DNA from: Mantamonas sphyraenae STR306
Taxonomy: Eukaryota > Protista > CRuMs
Direction of reading: 5' to 3'
NCBI GenBank assembly: GCA_026936335.1
Contig: JAPMXV010000045.1
Coordinates: 186,001-250,000, forward strand
Length of the DNA stretch: 64,000 nt
Position 1 is the stretch's first letter; each line of letters opens with the position of its first letter. Below the pieces are notes generated by a model, which worked only from the letters and a program-made list of their open reading frames with translations, ran no database searches and had not been told where the DNA came from. Positions 1 through 10,875 of the stretch are shown one piece after another. A program made the position numbers and the translations under genes.

Positions 1-882
1 GGGGCCCTTGACTTCGACATCATCCATGCTCACGCCATCGCAGTCCACACTCATTGTGTTGTTGATGGTGACATACTCCAGGTTTGGCCGGATGCGGCCT
101 TTTACGGTGAGGGCACCCAACTTCACCGACTTGACAGCCACGATGTGGAAGTCTGTGTTCAACACGGTGATGTTGAGATGAGCCGCACTCATTGGAGGAA
201 CAAAGATCTCCAGCACTGCGGTGACGCATGGAGATCCTGAGTCGGGGTTTTGCCCGCTGATGACGACTGACGCAACGCCGTTCACTGGTGTGGGTGACGA
301 CTGACTCGCCCACCGATTGCTTCGGAAGTGTGCTCGGATCTGCGTTGCCTTTGCGTCCTCGGTGACATTGAGGCGCAGGAACAGGACCGGCGAGTCGACA
401 AACACGTTGAGAGTTTTTGTATCCACGGGGAACTGGAGGGTTTTGGAGTTTGGCAGAAAGTCGGATTCGCCCGAGGAGCAGCGTGCCTCGCTGTGAGCAA
501 GACCCCTAACGAGCCAGATCACGGGAAGCAGAGTTATTGCGATGAGGATGATCAGCGAAATCACCGCCACGATGATCGAGAACCAGACACACGGGCTGCA
601 GCAGCCGTTGCGGGGTCGCACAATTCCCATGGGACGACCCTGGTATTGGACCTGCGTGTACTGCGGCTGCGCTACATAGTTTGCAGGCGGTGCGTGCGAC
701 TGGGGCACTCGATAATACGTGCCTGGGGCGTTTTGCGGCGCAAACGCTGGGTGTTCTTGATGGGAAAGCAGCGCCGCCTCTTCCTCGTGCTTCTGACCAA
801 AGTCTCCATTTTCTGTGTCTTGCCACTGGGTGTTCATTGGCACAGCCGAGCCATAGGGCATGGCGTTGGACCTGTTGTCCAT
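1..882 (-). CDS. Type II single-pass membrane protein with beta-rich ectodomain (adhesin/DUF4097-like), paralog A; 3' end runs off the window
   Basis: ATG at 882 opens a frame that stays open to base 1 (MDNRSNAMPYG...CCSPCVWFSIIVAVISLIILIAITLL...VEVKGP). Near-identical to the gene at 1117-2454. Absent from the ORF track because its stop lies outside the window. Confidence 0.85.
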   Translation of the reverse strand, partial: MDNRSNAMPYGSAVPMNTQWQDTENGDFGQKHEEEAALLSHQEHPAFAPQNAPGTYYRVPQSHAPPANYVAQPQYTQVQYQGRPMGIVRPRNGCCSPCVWFSIIVAVISLIILIAITLLPVIWLVRGLAHSEARCSSGESDFLPNSKTLQFPVDTKTLNVFVDSPVLFLRLNVTEDAKATQIRAHFRSNRWASQSSPTPVNGVASVVISGQNPDSGSPCVTAVLEIFVPPMSAAHLNITVLNTDFHIVAVKSVKLGALTVKGRIRPNLEYVTINNTMSVDCDGVSMDDVEVKGP

Positions 883-1116
883 TGTTGGAGAAAGGAACGT
901 GTTTTTTTTGGCAACGAGAGCGCAGAAACGTTTTGCGCACTCTTCCAGTCCCGTCATCGGCGTTTGGAACCCTCCCAGGCCGAACCAGCTCATCGCGTGT
1001 TGTGGTGGGTGGGGCAGGGCGGCGGGCAAAGAGGGGGCAAAGAGTGGACGATGAACAACGAAGGACACTGCAACTGCACGATGATTTCTTGCAATGGATG
1101 GATATCACACGCCAAC

Positions 1117-2454
1117 TCAGTTGTTTGTGGTGATGCGCACAACACCGACCCTGTCGACAGAGCCATTGTCGCGGATGAGGAGCGTGGAGTTGCCGCCACC
1201 ATACAGGGTGCCCACTGCAGGCGCGGTACTGCTGTTGCGGTTGACGTAAACCACGGCGCCGTTGAAGTAGACGACACTGTTGCTGGTTGCGTTGTAGGAC
1301 CCCTGGAATGTGCTGGCCAGGTTGACGTTGATGGTGCTGTCCGACCCCTCCAGGCTCACCTTGACCCCCTCCGCCGGATTTCCCACACCCAGATTCGTCC
1401 AAGTGCTGTCTCCGGTGGACACCACGTCTCCATACGCCGTGTAGCTGTCCAAGCGCACCGTGCCTCGCGTTTGCTCCAGCCCACCGCTAGAGACAAACTG
1501 TCCTTCCAAGTACGGCCAGAACGATCCCTGCCGATCCACGACGATGGGGCCCTTGACTTCGACATGATCCATGCTCATCCCATAGCAGTCTACACTCATT
1601 GTGTTGTTGATGGTGACATACTCGAGGTTTGGCCGGATGCGGCCTGTTACGGTGAGGGCACCCAGTTTCACCGACTTGACAGCCACGTCGTGGTAGTCTG
1701 TGTTCAACACGGTGATGTTGAGATGAGCCGCACTCATTGGAGGAACAAAGATCTCCAGCACTGCGGTGACGCATGGAGATCCTGAGTCAGGGTTTTGCCC
1801 GCTGATGACGACTGACGCAACGCCGTTCACGGGTGTGGGTGACGACTGACTCGCCCACCGATTGCTTCGAAAAAGTGCTCGGATCTGCGTTGCCTTTGCG
1901 TCCTCGGTGACATTGAGGCGCAGGAACAGGACCGGCGAGTCGACAAACACGTTGAGAGTTTTTGTATCCACGGGGAACTGGAGGGTTTTGGAGTTTGGCA
2001 GAAAATCTGCTTCGTACGAGATGCAGCGGCCGTCGCTGTGAGCAAGAGCATTGAAGAACCACATTAAGGAAAGCACAGCCACTACGATGAGGGTGATCAC
2101 CGCCACGATGATCGAGAACCAGACACACGGGCTGCAGCAGGCGTTGCGGGGTCGCACAATTCCCATGGGACGACCTTGATACTGGACCTGCGTGTACTGC
2201 GGCTGCGGCTGCTGCGGCTGCGCTACATAGTTTGCAGGCGGTGCGTGCGACTGGGGCACGCTATAATACGTGCCTGGTGCACTGTAGGCGTACGTTGGCT
2301 GTGTTTGGGGCGCAAACGCTGGTTGTTCTTGATGCGAAAGCAGCGGCGCTTCGTACTCGTGCTTCTGACCAAACTCTCCACTTTCTGCGTCTTGCCACTG
2401 GGTGTTCATTGGCACAGCTGAGCCATAGGGCATGGCGTTGGAACTGTTGTCCAT
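1117..2454 (-). CDS. Type II single-pass membrane protein with beta-rich ectodomain, paralog B (445 aa)
   Basis: Intronless ORF from MDNSSNAMPYG. Pro/Gln/Tyr-rich N-terminal tail, CCSPC motif, one TM helix (WFSIIVAVITLIVVAVLSLMWFF) and a beta-strand-rich C-terminus with many NxS/T sequons. The family label is tentative. Confidence 0.85.
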   Translation of the reverse strand: MDNSSNAMPYGSAVPMNTQWQDAESGEFGQKHEYEAPLLSHQEQPAFAPQTQPTYAYSAPGTYYSVPQSHAPPANYVAQPQQPQPQYTQVQYQGRPMGIVRPRNACCSPCVWFSIIVAVITLIVVAVLSLMWFFNALAHSDGRCISYEADFLPNSKTLQFPVDTKTLNVFVDSPVLFLRLNVTEDAKATQIRALFRSNRWASQSSPTPVNGVASVVISGQNPDSGSPCVTAVLEIFVPPMSAAHLNITVLNTDYHDVAVKSVKLGALTVTGRIRPNLEYVTINNTMSVDCYGMSMDHVEVKGPIVVDRQGSFWPYLEGQFVSSGGLEQTRGTVRLDSYTAYGDVVSTGDSTWTNLGVGNPAEGVKVSLEGSDSTINVNLASTFQGSYNATSNSVVYFNGAVVYVNRNSSTAPAVGTLYGGGNSTLLIRDNGSVDRVGVVRITTNN

Positions 2455-2501
2455 GATGAAGAGATGTGAACGTGTTTTTTTTGGCAATGAGAGCGCAGTC
2501 G

Positions 2502-3767
2502 TCAATCCTTGGTGGAGATGCGCACACTTCCGGCGGAACCCAGCTGTATGGGCCCGTCATCTCGTATCACGAGGACACTGTTTCCGCCTCCGTGCACCTT
2601 GCCGCTCGCTGTGCGGCCGTTCACACGGATGCCGTCGACAAAAATGGTCCCAATGGCGGTGGCGTTGAACGATCCTTGGAATGAAGAGTGCAGGTCGACG
2701 TCGATATTGCTGCTCTTGCCCAGCATGGTGATGTGCACACCCTTGGCCGGATCCGCAACACGCAGTGACTTGAACGTGACTTTTCCCCGCGTGGACACAT
2801 CCCCATGTGCTTCATAGTCGCTCAACTTGACCGATCCTGGTGTTTTCACCATATGAAGGAACCCGTTGCTTTTGACATTCGTGCCAATGACTGTGGATGT
2901 CGGTGAACTAGGATTCTGCCCAACCACAATGGGCCCCTGCACATCCACATCTTGCATGTCCACACTGCTGCTGTCCAACCACAGTTTCCCCTGCACTTTC
3001 ACATCCTTGAGGACCGGCGTTGCCATGCCATTGAGCGACAGCGAGGGCAGCTGCACAGCGACAATGTCCACCTCGCTGTACGACGTGCGCAGCACCGTGA
3101 CGTTGAGATGCGTGGACGTCTTGGACGGAACAAATACCTCCAACACGGCGCTGACGCAGGGACGAGACAGTGTGGGGCCCTTTGCCTTGACCTCGATGGT
3201 TGCCGTGTCGTGCTCCACGCTTGCTGTGTGGCTCGCCCACTTCTTGCTGCGAAAGCGCCCGTGCACCTGCGTTGCATGTGCGTCCTCTGTTACGTTGAGG
3301 CGAAGGTGCAGGTCGGGGGCGTCCACCAGCACCTTGAGCAGGTGGACACCGGCGGGAAATTCGATGCGCTTCTCCAGCGGCAGCTTGTCTGCGTCGCTGG
3401 GGAAGCACGGATTGCGCAAAAGGTGCTGCACAGTGCTGTTCATCATCACCATCGACCCAAACACAACCAACATGCCCAACACAACCGCCGCAAGCGCCAC
3501 CATGCACACAAGGCGACTGCAGCAGCAGAGCCTGCCCGATCGCACACTTCCCACGGGCCGTGTCTCCTCTCTAGCTCGTCCATGGGCCTGATTCCGGTGC
3601 TGAAGCTGCTGTACAAAGCCCGACGGAGGGCCATTCGCCTCATGCACGTGGGAATGCATCCCCGATGAGCGCGTTTGATCATCTTGACCACGCAGCAGCG
3701 AGGCGTGTTCCCCTTCTTCCTCTTCTCCGGCTTCCTCGAGCTCATCCTCCCGCCACATCGTGTCCAT
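2502..3767 (-). CDS. Divergent paralog C of the same type II membrane protein family
   Basis: Shares blocks with A/B (DxLPxxKxxxFP, VDxPxLxLRLNVTEDAxATQ, PCVxAVLExFVP, HLNxTVL, GGGNSxLxIRDxG), plus CCCS and a TM helix. Start is ATG 3767 or 3812; the longer ORF-track start overlaps the EFHC1 stop. Confidence 0.8.
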   Translation of the reverse strand: MDTMWREDELEEAGEEEEGEHASLLRGQDDQTRSSGMHSHVHEANGPPSGFVQQLQHRNQAHGRAREETRPVGSVRSGRLCCCSRLVCMVALAAVVLGMLVVFGSMVMMNSTVQHLLRNPCFPSDADKLPLEKRIEFPAGVHLLKVLVDAPDLHLRLNVTEDAHATQVHGRFRSKKWASHTASVEHDTATIEVKAKGPTLSRPCVSAVLEVFVPSKTSTHLNVTVLRTSYSEVDIVAVQLPSLSLNGMATPVLKDVKVQGKLWLDSSSVDMQDVDVQGPIVVGQNPSSPTSTVIGTNVKSNGFLHMVKTPGSVKLSDYEAHGDVSTRGKVTFKSLRVADPAKGVHITMLGKSSNIDVDLHSSFQGSFNATAIGTIFVDGIRVNGRTASGKVHGGGNSVLVIRDDGPIQLGSAGSVRISTKD

Positions 3768-3937
3768 GGGCACCTGAGACCCATGGCGACTCTGGGGTTG
3801 TGTGGAATGCATGGCTGGACAACACACCGACGACCACGCACGCTTTGCCTCCAAGACCGCAGCCACCTCCAATCCACATGTCACATCCTTCTGCATTCCA
3901 AATTCCAAGTTCCCAATTCGCCATGCGTCCATCACCA

Positions 3938-6075
3938 TCACTCATCCGTAACCTGCACAAAGGTGTGCGGCTTGACAGCGCGCAAAAACTCAATCAGGTT
4001 GATGCTACCGTCTTCGTTGAGGTCGTAGCGGCGCATGAGAGTGACCACCTCCTGGGCAGTGAGGTCAAAGTACTCTGTAAGCAGTGCGTTAAACTCGTCT
4101 GCGTTCAGGGCGCCGCTGCCGTCCGTGTCGGCGGCCAGAAAGACCTCCTCGGCGTCCGTGTGCTCAAACGCTGCGCGCAGCTTCTCCTCGATGGCAAACA
4201 GGTCGGAAAAGGGAAAGTTGTCTGCGTTGCACTCCATAAAGTTGAGTGCGTATTCGTCGGCCTCCTCCAGCAGGAAGCTGTGCTTGTGGATCTCCACAGA
4301 GGCACCCAGGTACAGTTCGCTCGCCTGGTACTTCTTGCCCGTCTGCGGGTTCTTCACCTCTGTGCGCTTCAGAAAGTTGCCGCCGGCAATGCCCGAGTTG
4401 CGGAGCGGCGGCTCAAACACGCCGATGGTGTCGTCGGCAAGGTAGTACGTGATCACAAACCGGCGTTCCGCGTCCACCACGTTGTCTGTGTCCATGCGTG
4501 CGCGGAATCGCAGCACCTTGCCATCGTTGGCCATCATCTTGGCAAAGTCCCTCTTGGGGATCTTGGCCACCAGCGACATCGCCGAACGCAACGAATCCTC
4601 CTCGCTGCCAAAGCCGTGGTAGGGCGGCACCACCACCTCCACCGCCTCCTCCTCCTCCTCCTCGATGTCAATCGGTTCAAACTCCACGCCAAAGTTCTCC
4701 TTGTAGAACTGACGTGTGTGTGCGTCGCAATCGTGCAGGAAAAAGTCGCGCCCAAACAGGGTCACCGTCTCGCCTACCGCAAGGTCCTCCTCCGTAAAGT
4801 AGTCCGTGGATCCCAGGTCGGCCAGGGTTTGAAAGGCCTTGGGCACCTTCTGGCGCTTCAGAAACTGCGGAAAGGGCTCGCGGCCGCTGTTGGCCCCGAT
4901 AATCTCCAACACCTCCACCGTGTCGTCCGCCGTGTAGAAATGGATGACAAACTGGCGGTAGTCGCCGTACGCCGTCTTGCGGTCGTCCCAGGTGGCAAAG
5001 AAGCGCAGCACCTTGCGGTCGTTCTCCAGGAACTTCTTCAGCGAGTCGTAGTCTGTCTTGGACGTGCTCGTGGGCAGCATCGACTTTTTCATCTCGTCCC
5101 GCTTCACTGTGTACACGTCCTGGGGCACGTCTTCGGGATCGTTCAGCTCCTGGCCCAGCACCTCCTCGTAAAAGTACCGCGTTGCCTTGTCGCAGTCCAC
5201 CACACGCATGGTGCGCCCAAACATCTCCACCTCGATGCCCAGGTTGAAGTCCATGTACGTGTAGATGTCATCCTTGTCCTCCAGGCTCTTGGGCACCTCT
5301 TGGCGACGGATGAATTGGCCCTGCGGGATGCCCGAGTTTTCCACGTGCGGCTCCTGCACGTGGATGGTGTTGTCCGCCAGGTACACGTAGATGGTGCAGT
5401 TGCGGATGCGGTACTGCTCCTCCGGTGACTCAAACACAGGCTCTTTGAAGTATGCGTAGAAGCGCAGCACCTGCGTGTGTGCGTGTGTGGACGTACGCCG
5501 CCTGGTGTGAGCGGCGTCGAAAAAACCGGCCACCAAACCGAACCCCAACGGCTAGCGAGCGCGGGCAACCCCTTGCCCACGTGCTGCACACGTGCGACGC
5601 CCTGCTGCTCATAATAGCCAGGCCATGTGGCCAACAAGCACACAACCCACAACCATACCACCCTGCATTGGGGGCTTCTGCTGTCCATGGCCCAACACTG
5701 CTTACCTTGTTGTCGTTCTCGATCCAGGAGGGACCCGACGAGGAGCTGCTCTGCGCTTCCTCGCTGCTAAACACATGCACCTTGGCCTTGGGCTTCTGGC
5801 CAGGCAGAAGCTCGCCGCCAATGCCCGGCTTGTCGATGTCAAACACGGGCACTCCGTTGCGGAAGCCGAAGCTGTGCGACTTGGCGTAGTTGGTTTTCTG
5901 TTCCGTTGCGGCGGCGACGGCGGCCGTGTCAGCGCACACAGCAACACCAAAAGAGGACACGGGACAACGGAGCACTACCGTAGAGCGCAAAGCGCTGCTG
6001 GCATGCCACACACGCCTCCCACCCACTCTACAGGGAACCTACCAGGTTGCTGGATGTGCCAAGAAACGGGATCAT
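3938..6075 (-). CDS. EFHC1: EFHC1/Rib72-type axonemal microtubule inner protein (3 DM10 domains + 2 EF-hands)
   Basis: Exons 6075-6043 (MIPFLGTSSNL), 5897-5706 and 5470-3938 join in frame via GT-AG introns. Three DM10 repeats (KVLRFYAY, KVLRFFAT, KVLRFRAR; YxADxTI...NSG) and EF loops DTDGSGALNADEF and DLNEDGSINLIEF. Confidence 0.93.
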
Positions 6076-6157
6076 CTCTCGCGTTGTTTGCTTGCCTCCG
6101 CCGCAGCGTCCCCATCCCAACAACAAATTGTTTCCATTCCCTCACTCATCCACATCA

Positions 6158-6788
6158 TCACTTCTTGGCCGGGCCCCCGCTGTGCATGATCATGTCGTGC
6201 CTAATCCTGCTCTCCGCATACATGGCAAAGTTGTCGCGCGAGCGATGGTGTGTCTTGTCCACCTTGGCCGCAAGCTCTGTGTTGTCCCCATGCGCCGCGT
6301 GTGCTTCACTCACGCCAAACTCCCCCTGCAGATATCCAGGGTTGATGTGGTTCCACAGCTCCATCGAGAACTTCTTGGCATCCTCGTGCACCTTTTTCTT
6401 TTGTCCGATTCCGTGCCACTCGGCCTCCATCGACGCCAACAGCTCCTCATCCTCTTCCACTGTGTGTCGTCCGGTGCGTTTGCACATGCAGCCACACGTT
6501 CAGCACCCATTTGCTGTCAGTTTCTGCCGCTCCTCCCCTTTCCGCCGCCCAACGCCCCAACGGTTTTTCCGCGCTTGGCCAAGCACACCCTTGCCGTCCC
6601 GTTCCCCCTTTCCCCCCCCCTCCAAATGTCAACGTACAGTGTGACGACTCGCCAATGGTGTCCTTCATGTGTGGCGGTGTCGGCGGAAGCTCAATCTCGT
6701 CCTCTTCCTCCTCCTCGTCCGAATCCTCGTGCCACGCGGGCTTGAACTTGTGCGTTGTGATCTCAAACTTGCCAAACGCCTGCCCCAT
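6158..6788 (-). CDS. Small unknown protein (~150 aa, 2 exons) with an N-terminal MG motif
   Basis: Exon 1 6788-6638 (MGQAFGKFEITTHKF..., donor GTACGT) joins exon 2 6459-6158 (acceptor cacacag) in frame. Coding-like codon usage; no family recognised. Confidence 0.65.
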
Positions 6789-7078
6789 CGTACGTGTCAC
6801 ACCCAGTTCACTCTTCGTGTCAGCCTTATCTCTCTCCTGCATGCTTTCCCCTCTCTCTCTCTCGTTCACTCACGTCCATGGTGTGACGTTTTCCTTTGCC
6901 ACCTCCATCGCAGCACTGGCCCCCATTCCCTCCACACACAACCTCATCCGAATCCACCGCCTCTTTTGTTGATGCATCAGCCTTCTCTCTCTCTCTCTCT
7001 CGCACCCACCCATTCAACACTCGCTCCATCCCATTGCGCTTTTGGATCCACCACAGCTCTCACGCCCACAAACCAGCC

Positions 7079-8268
7079 ATGACCAGCGACTACAAGCAGG
7101 AGCACATGCTGGGTGTACGTTGCTTGGCCCTCTCCCTCCCGTTCCCCCTCGTCTCCACTTCCACGTCCCGTACACAGCCCCTTCCCATCGTATTCTGGGC
7201 CCATTCCGTCGCTTCGCCTTTTCCTCCTGTGCCGCTCACACAACACACCGCCCTCGCCACCCACACGACTCGGCTTTACACTCCATGTGTCCACCGTGGC
7301 CCACCTTGCATACATTTGCCCTGTCTCATATCCTCTACACCATCCCTGCGCCGTCCCTGCGTCCTTGCGGCTGCTCTTGGCCTCTCCTTCCGGATCATCC
7401 CGCAGACCTCCATCATGGCCGTCGAGTTTGACGGCGGTGTCGTCGTCGGTGCAGACAGCCGCACCACAACAGGTATGCTCTAGGCCAAGCGTGCATTGCG
7501 CCAGGCGTGTCTGCCCTGCTTGATCTTCCTGCCCACCCTTGTCGCCTGCGCAGCGGAGCGGCTGCTGCCCTCCCCCTGCGCCAGATTCCGTTTTCCCTCC
7601 CTCGTGTCCCGCACGCGTGCACGCACACGCGCTCCGCACGCACACACACCACCTGGCCATCCGACAGCCTGGATGCCCTCCACACCTCGCTGACCCTTTC
7701 CAACCCACCCTCACACCCCCTACGTCACACAGGCGCGTACATTGCCAACCGCGTCTCGGACAAGCTCACCCCCATCAGCGACTACGTGTACTGCTGCCGC
7801 TCGGGCTCGGCTGCAGACACCCAGGCCATCAGCGACATTGTCAGGTACTACTGCGACATGTATGTCGCCGAGCACGAGGAGCAGCCTCCGGTCAAGGTCG
7901 CCGCATCCCTCTTCCAGGAGATGTGCTACGACTACAAGGATTCGCTCATGGCAGGCATCATCTGTGCCGGTTGGGACGAGCGTGACGGCGGCTCCGTCTA
8001 CTCCATTCCCCTTGGTGGCTCTCTTGTGCGCCAGCCCTTTGCCATTGGCGGTTCCGGCTCCACCTACATCTATGGCCACTGCGACAACGAGTACGTGGAG
8101 GGCATGACCAAGGACGAGTGTGTCCAGTTTGTTGCCAAGGCCCTTTCTCTTGCCATGGCTCGCGACGGCTCCTCCGGCGGCATCATCCGTCTCGCCATCA
8201 TCGACGAGGACGGCATCGAGCGCCGCATGATTTCCAACGAGAAGCTGCCCAAGGCCTACGAGGGCTAA
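7079..8268 (+). CDS. PSMB6: 20S proteasome beta-1 subunit (PSMB6/PRE3)
   Basis: Exons 7079-7114, 7406-7472, 7733-8268. Propeptide ...MLG then catalytic Thr in [35 protein letters not shown]; [17 protein letters not shown] and RDGSSGG motifs. Confidence 0.96.
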
Positions 8269-8378
8269 ATCATCATCCCAACCATCCACACGCACACATA
8301 GGCACACACACACGCACACATCATCAAACCCACACGGCAGCAATGGAGGCCTTTCATTCGTCAAGAAGCTGAAGCTTC

Positions 8379-10579
8379 TCACATCCCGCGACTGCTCACT
8401 GTCTTGACGTCAAACAGCGCCCCAAGCAGATTCGCACCAATCAGGTTGGCGTTGTGCATGTCGGCACTCATCAGGTTGCAGTTGGCCAGATTGCTGGCTG
8501 CGAAATCGCACGAGCGCAGCAGCGAGCCCTTGAAGCTCGAGTTTTTGCAGTTTGTCGCTCGCGCGTTGCATCCGCTCATGTTCACGTCCTCGCTGCTGCA
8601 GTTCTTGATGATGCATCCCTGCAGGTTGCTTCCCTCCAGATTGGCCTGGTTCATGAACGACCCTTCCAGGTTGCACCCGGACAGATCTGCACGCAGCACC
8701 GACGCCTTCTCCAGCGTGCAGAAGCGCATGTTGCAGTTCTGCAACAGTGCGTCGTCCAACTTTGTCATGCTCAGGTTGGCAAAGCTCAGGTCCGCGTTCT
8801 GCATGTTCACCTTGCTTAGATCCAGCTTGCTCAGGTCGACCCCGCTCAGGTTCAGTCCCTGGAATCGCAGCGAGTCGTTGGTCGACGAACGCATCAGCGC
8901 AGTCACCACATCCTTGCGTGTGAGGTGCTTCTCCCGCTCCGTTTCGTACAGCAACTGCTCCAGGGGCTCGATCATAGACTCCACGAAAAAGAACTGCGCC
9001 TCTGCAAGCACCCCCTCCGGGTTGACGCCCGGATTGAGCAGCAGCTGGCCCGTGCGCAGCCAGTTTAGGATGGGTTCGAAGTGCACGGGCGACCGGTCGA
9101 TCAGGTAGGCGCCGTTTGCGTCCGTTGTCGACGCCCACCTGTTGTCTTGGAACATTTTGGCCAGCATCGAGTCCTCCTCCGAGCAGAGTGTCGACCGTGT
9201 CGTGCTGAACAGTTGGCCACCCACGTTCAGGGTCACCCACTCGGACTGTGACGCACTGCGCACGGAAAAGCCACCCTCCCCGTCGCCTCCTCCACTCTTC
9301 TCCTGCGCAGCTGCTGGCAGGATCGACGTCACGCTGGGCAGTTCAAAGTCCTCGCCACACGACACAAACAGCGACTCGTTGGCACGGATGTGTCTTGTGT
9401 CTCCCACCTCGCCCCCCACCTTGTTGAATATCCTCTGCGCCGCACTGGGCAGCTCCAGCCGATGCGTCGCCAGCTGCAGGAGGCCACTCATCGAGTCCGG
9501 AACCTCCACCACCTTGCCTCCTTTCCGCGTGCCGTTTGGAAACAGGGTGGCCAGACGCGATGGCGTCGTGCTACCTCCCACCATCCCGCTGCTTCCTGCA
9601 GACGCCGACCCCACCCCGCCCATCCCACCCTCTGCTTCCCCGTCCACACTGTTGTCCGTCGTCTCTGACTCCAGCGGGTCTTCTACCGCCGTGATGACGG
9701 TGCTCCCGTGCTCGTTGCTATCCACCCGGTACAGCCTGGTGTTTTCCACCTCCACCACCACACTGCCCGACGCCAGTGCACTGCTCCTTTCTCCTCCGTG
9801 TGTCTGCAACTCCCCTGAGCTGTGCTGCTGCTGCGTCAACAAACGCAACCAATCGCTCGTGTCTCCTGCCGCGTGCCATGAGTGCCGATTCCCTCGTTCC
9901 CCGTCTTCCTCTCCCTCCACAGCCCTTCCCACTCGCCACGCTCCTCCTCCCCGCTGCCCAATCGGTTCACTTAGTCCCGCGCCTGTTTTCCCCTGGCCAT
10001 CCTCCTTCTGTGCTTCCTGCGTCGCCCGTGTCTCGGCGCCGCTCGGTTGTGTTTGTTCGCCGCCCTGCGTTCCTGACCTGCCCTCCGGCGCCCCGTGTCT
10101 TGTCCCAGACACCGTGGTCGTCGTCGTCCCACTGCGTGGCGCATCATCCGTGGATGTCGTAGCCGCCTGTGCTTCCTCCTCTTGCTGGCGCTTTTGTATG
10201 GCCAGCAGCTGCATGGCCGCCGTTTCCCGCAGCCGATCTTCAAAGCTCACTCGCGGCTCGTCTGCCTTTTTCACACGCGTCTCCACGTCTGTGGCTGCCA
10301 GACCTCCGCTGTCCACCTCCACATTTGACGATGCGTTCACCCCAATCCGTCCAACCATCTGGTCGTACACCACCTCCTGTGCTTCGCTGCTGTTGTCGTC
10401 GTCCATCAGGCCGCCATTCGTGTACATCAACAGGAAGCTCCGTTCCCGTTCTTCTGCTTCCGCCTGCCGTGCCAGCTGTCGCTGAGCCAGCCACTCCCGA
10501 CGTGCACGCAACGAGTGTGGGCCGTACTGCAGGATGGCCGCCTCGCGTCCGCTCACGTGCGGTGCTGAGGATCTCGACC

Positions 10580-10619
<40 letters not shown>

Positions 10620-10865
10620 TCCTACCATCCGTCGTGACGCCATCCTGTCCTCTGCGATGTCGTCGTCGTCGTCTTCCACAATCCCTGGGAACCGGGCTAC
10701 CCCTTCCTCCTCGCTCGGCGGTGCCTTGAAGATGCTCGGCTTTGGGTTCGGCACCGGCCTGTGGGTCGACGCCGAATCGACACCGCTGTTGCTCCCCCCT
10801 GTGCCATGATGCACGTCCTGTTCGTGGCGACCACCGCCCTTATCTTCAGACCACGATTCGGACAT
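8379..10865 (-). CDS. KCTD9: KCTD9-like protein (KHA + BTB/POZ + pentapeptide repeats) with a long disordered N-terminal extension
   Basis: KHA-like TLFPNGTRKGGKVV...LFVSCGEDF; BTB WVTLNVGGQLFSTTRSTL...GAYLIDRSP.HFEPILNWLR; LRFQGLNLSGVDLSKLDL followed by pentapeptide repeats. Start codon uncertain (10865 or downstream, e.g. 10643). Confidence 0.9.
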
Positions 10866-10875
10866 TTCTTTGCAT

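Larger units (their letters stand above)
1..2498. repeat. Recent tandem duplication: 1-925 matches 1546-2498
   Basis: Long identical runs (e.g. ggggcccttgacttcgacat at 1 and 1546), including the upstream element gaacgtgt(n)ggcaaygagagcgcag. Confidence 0.9.

Noticed and set aside
6460-6652. Possible GC-AG intron (G/GCGAGT donor) in the small unknown gene
   Set aside because: A canonical GTACGT donor 15 nt downstream gives the same frame, so a GC donor is not required.
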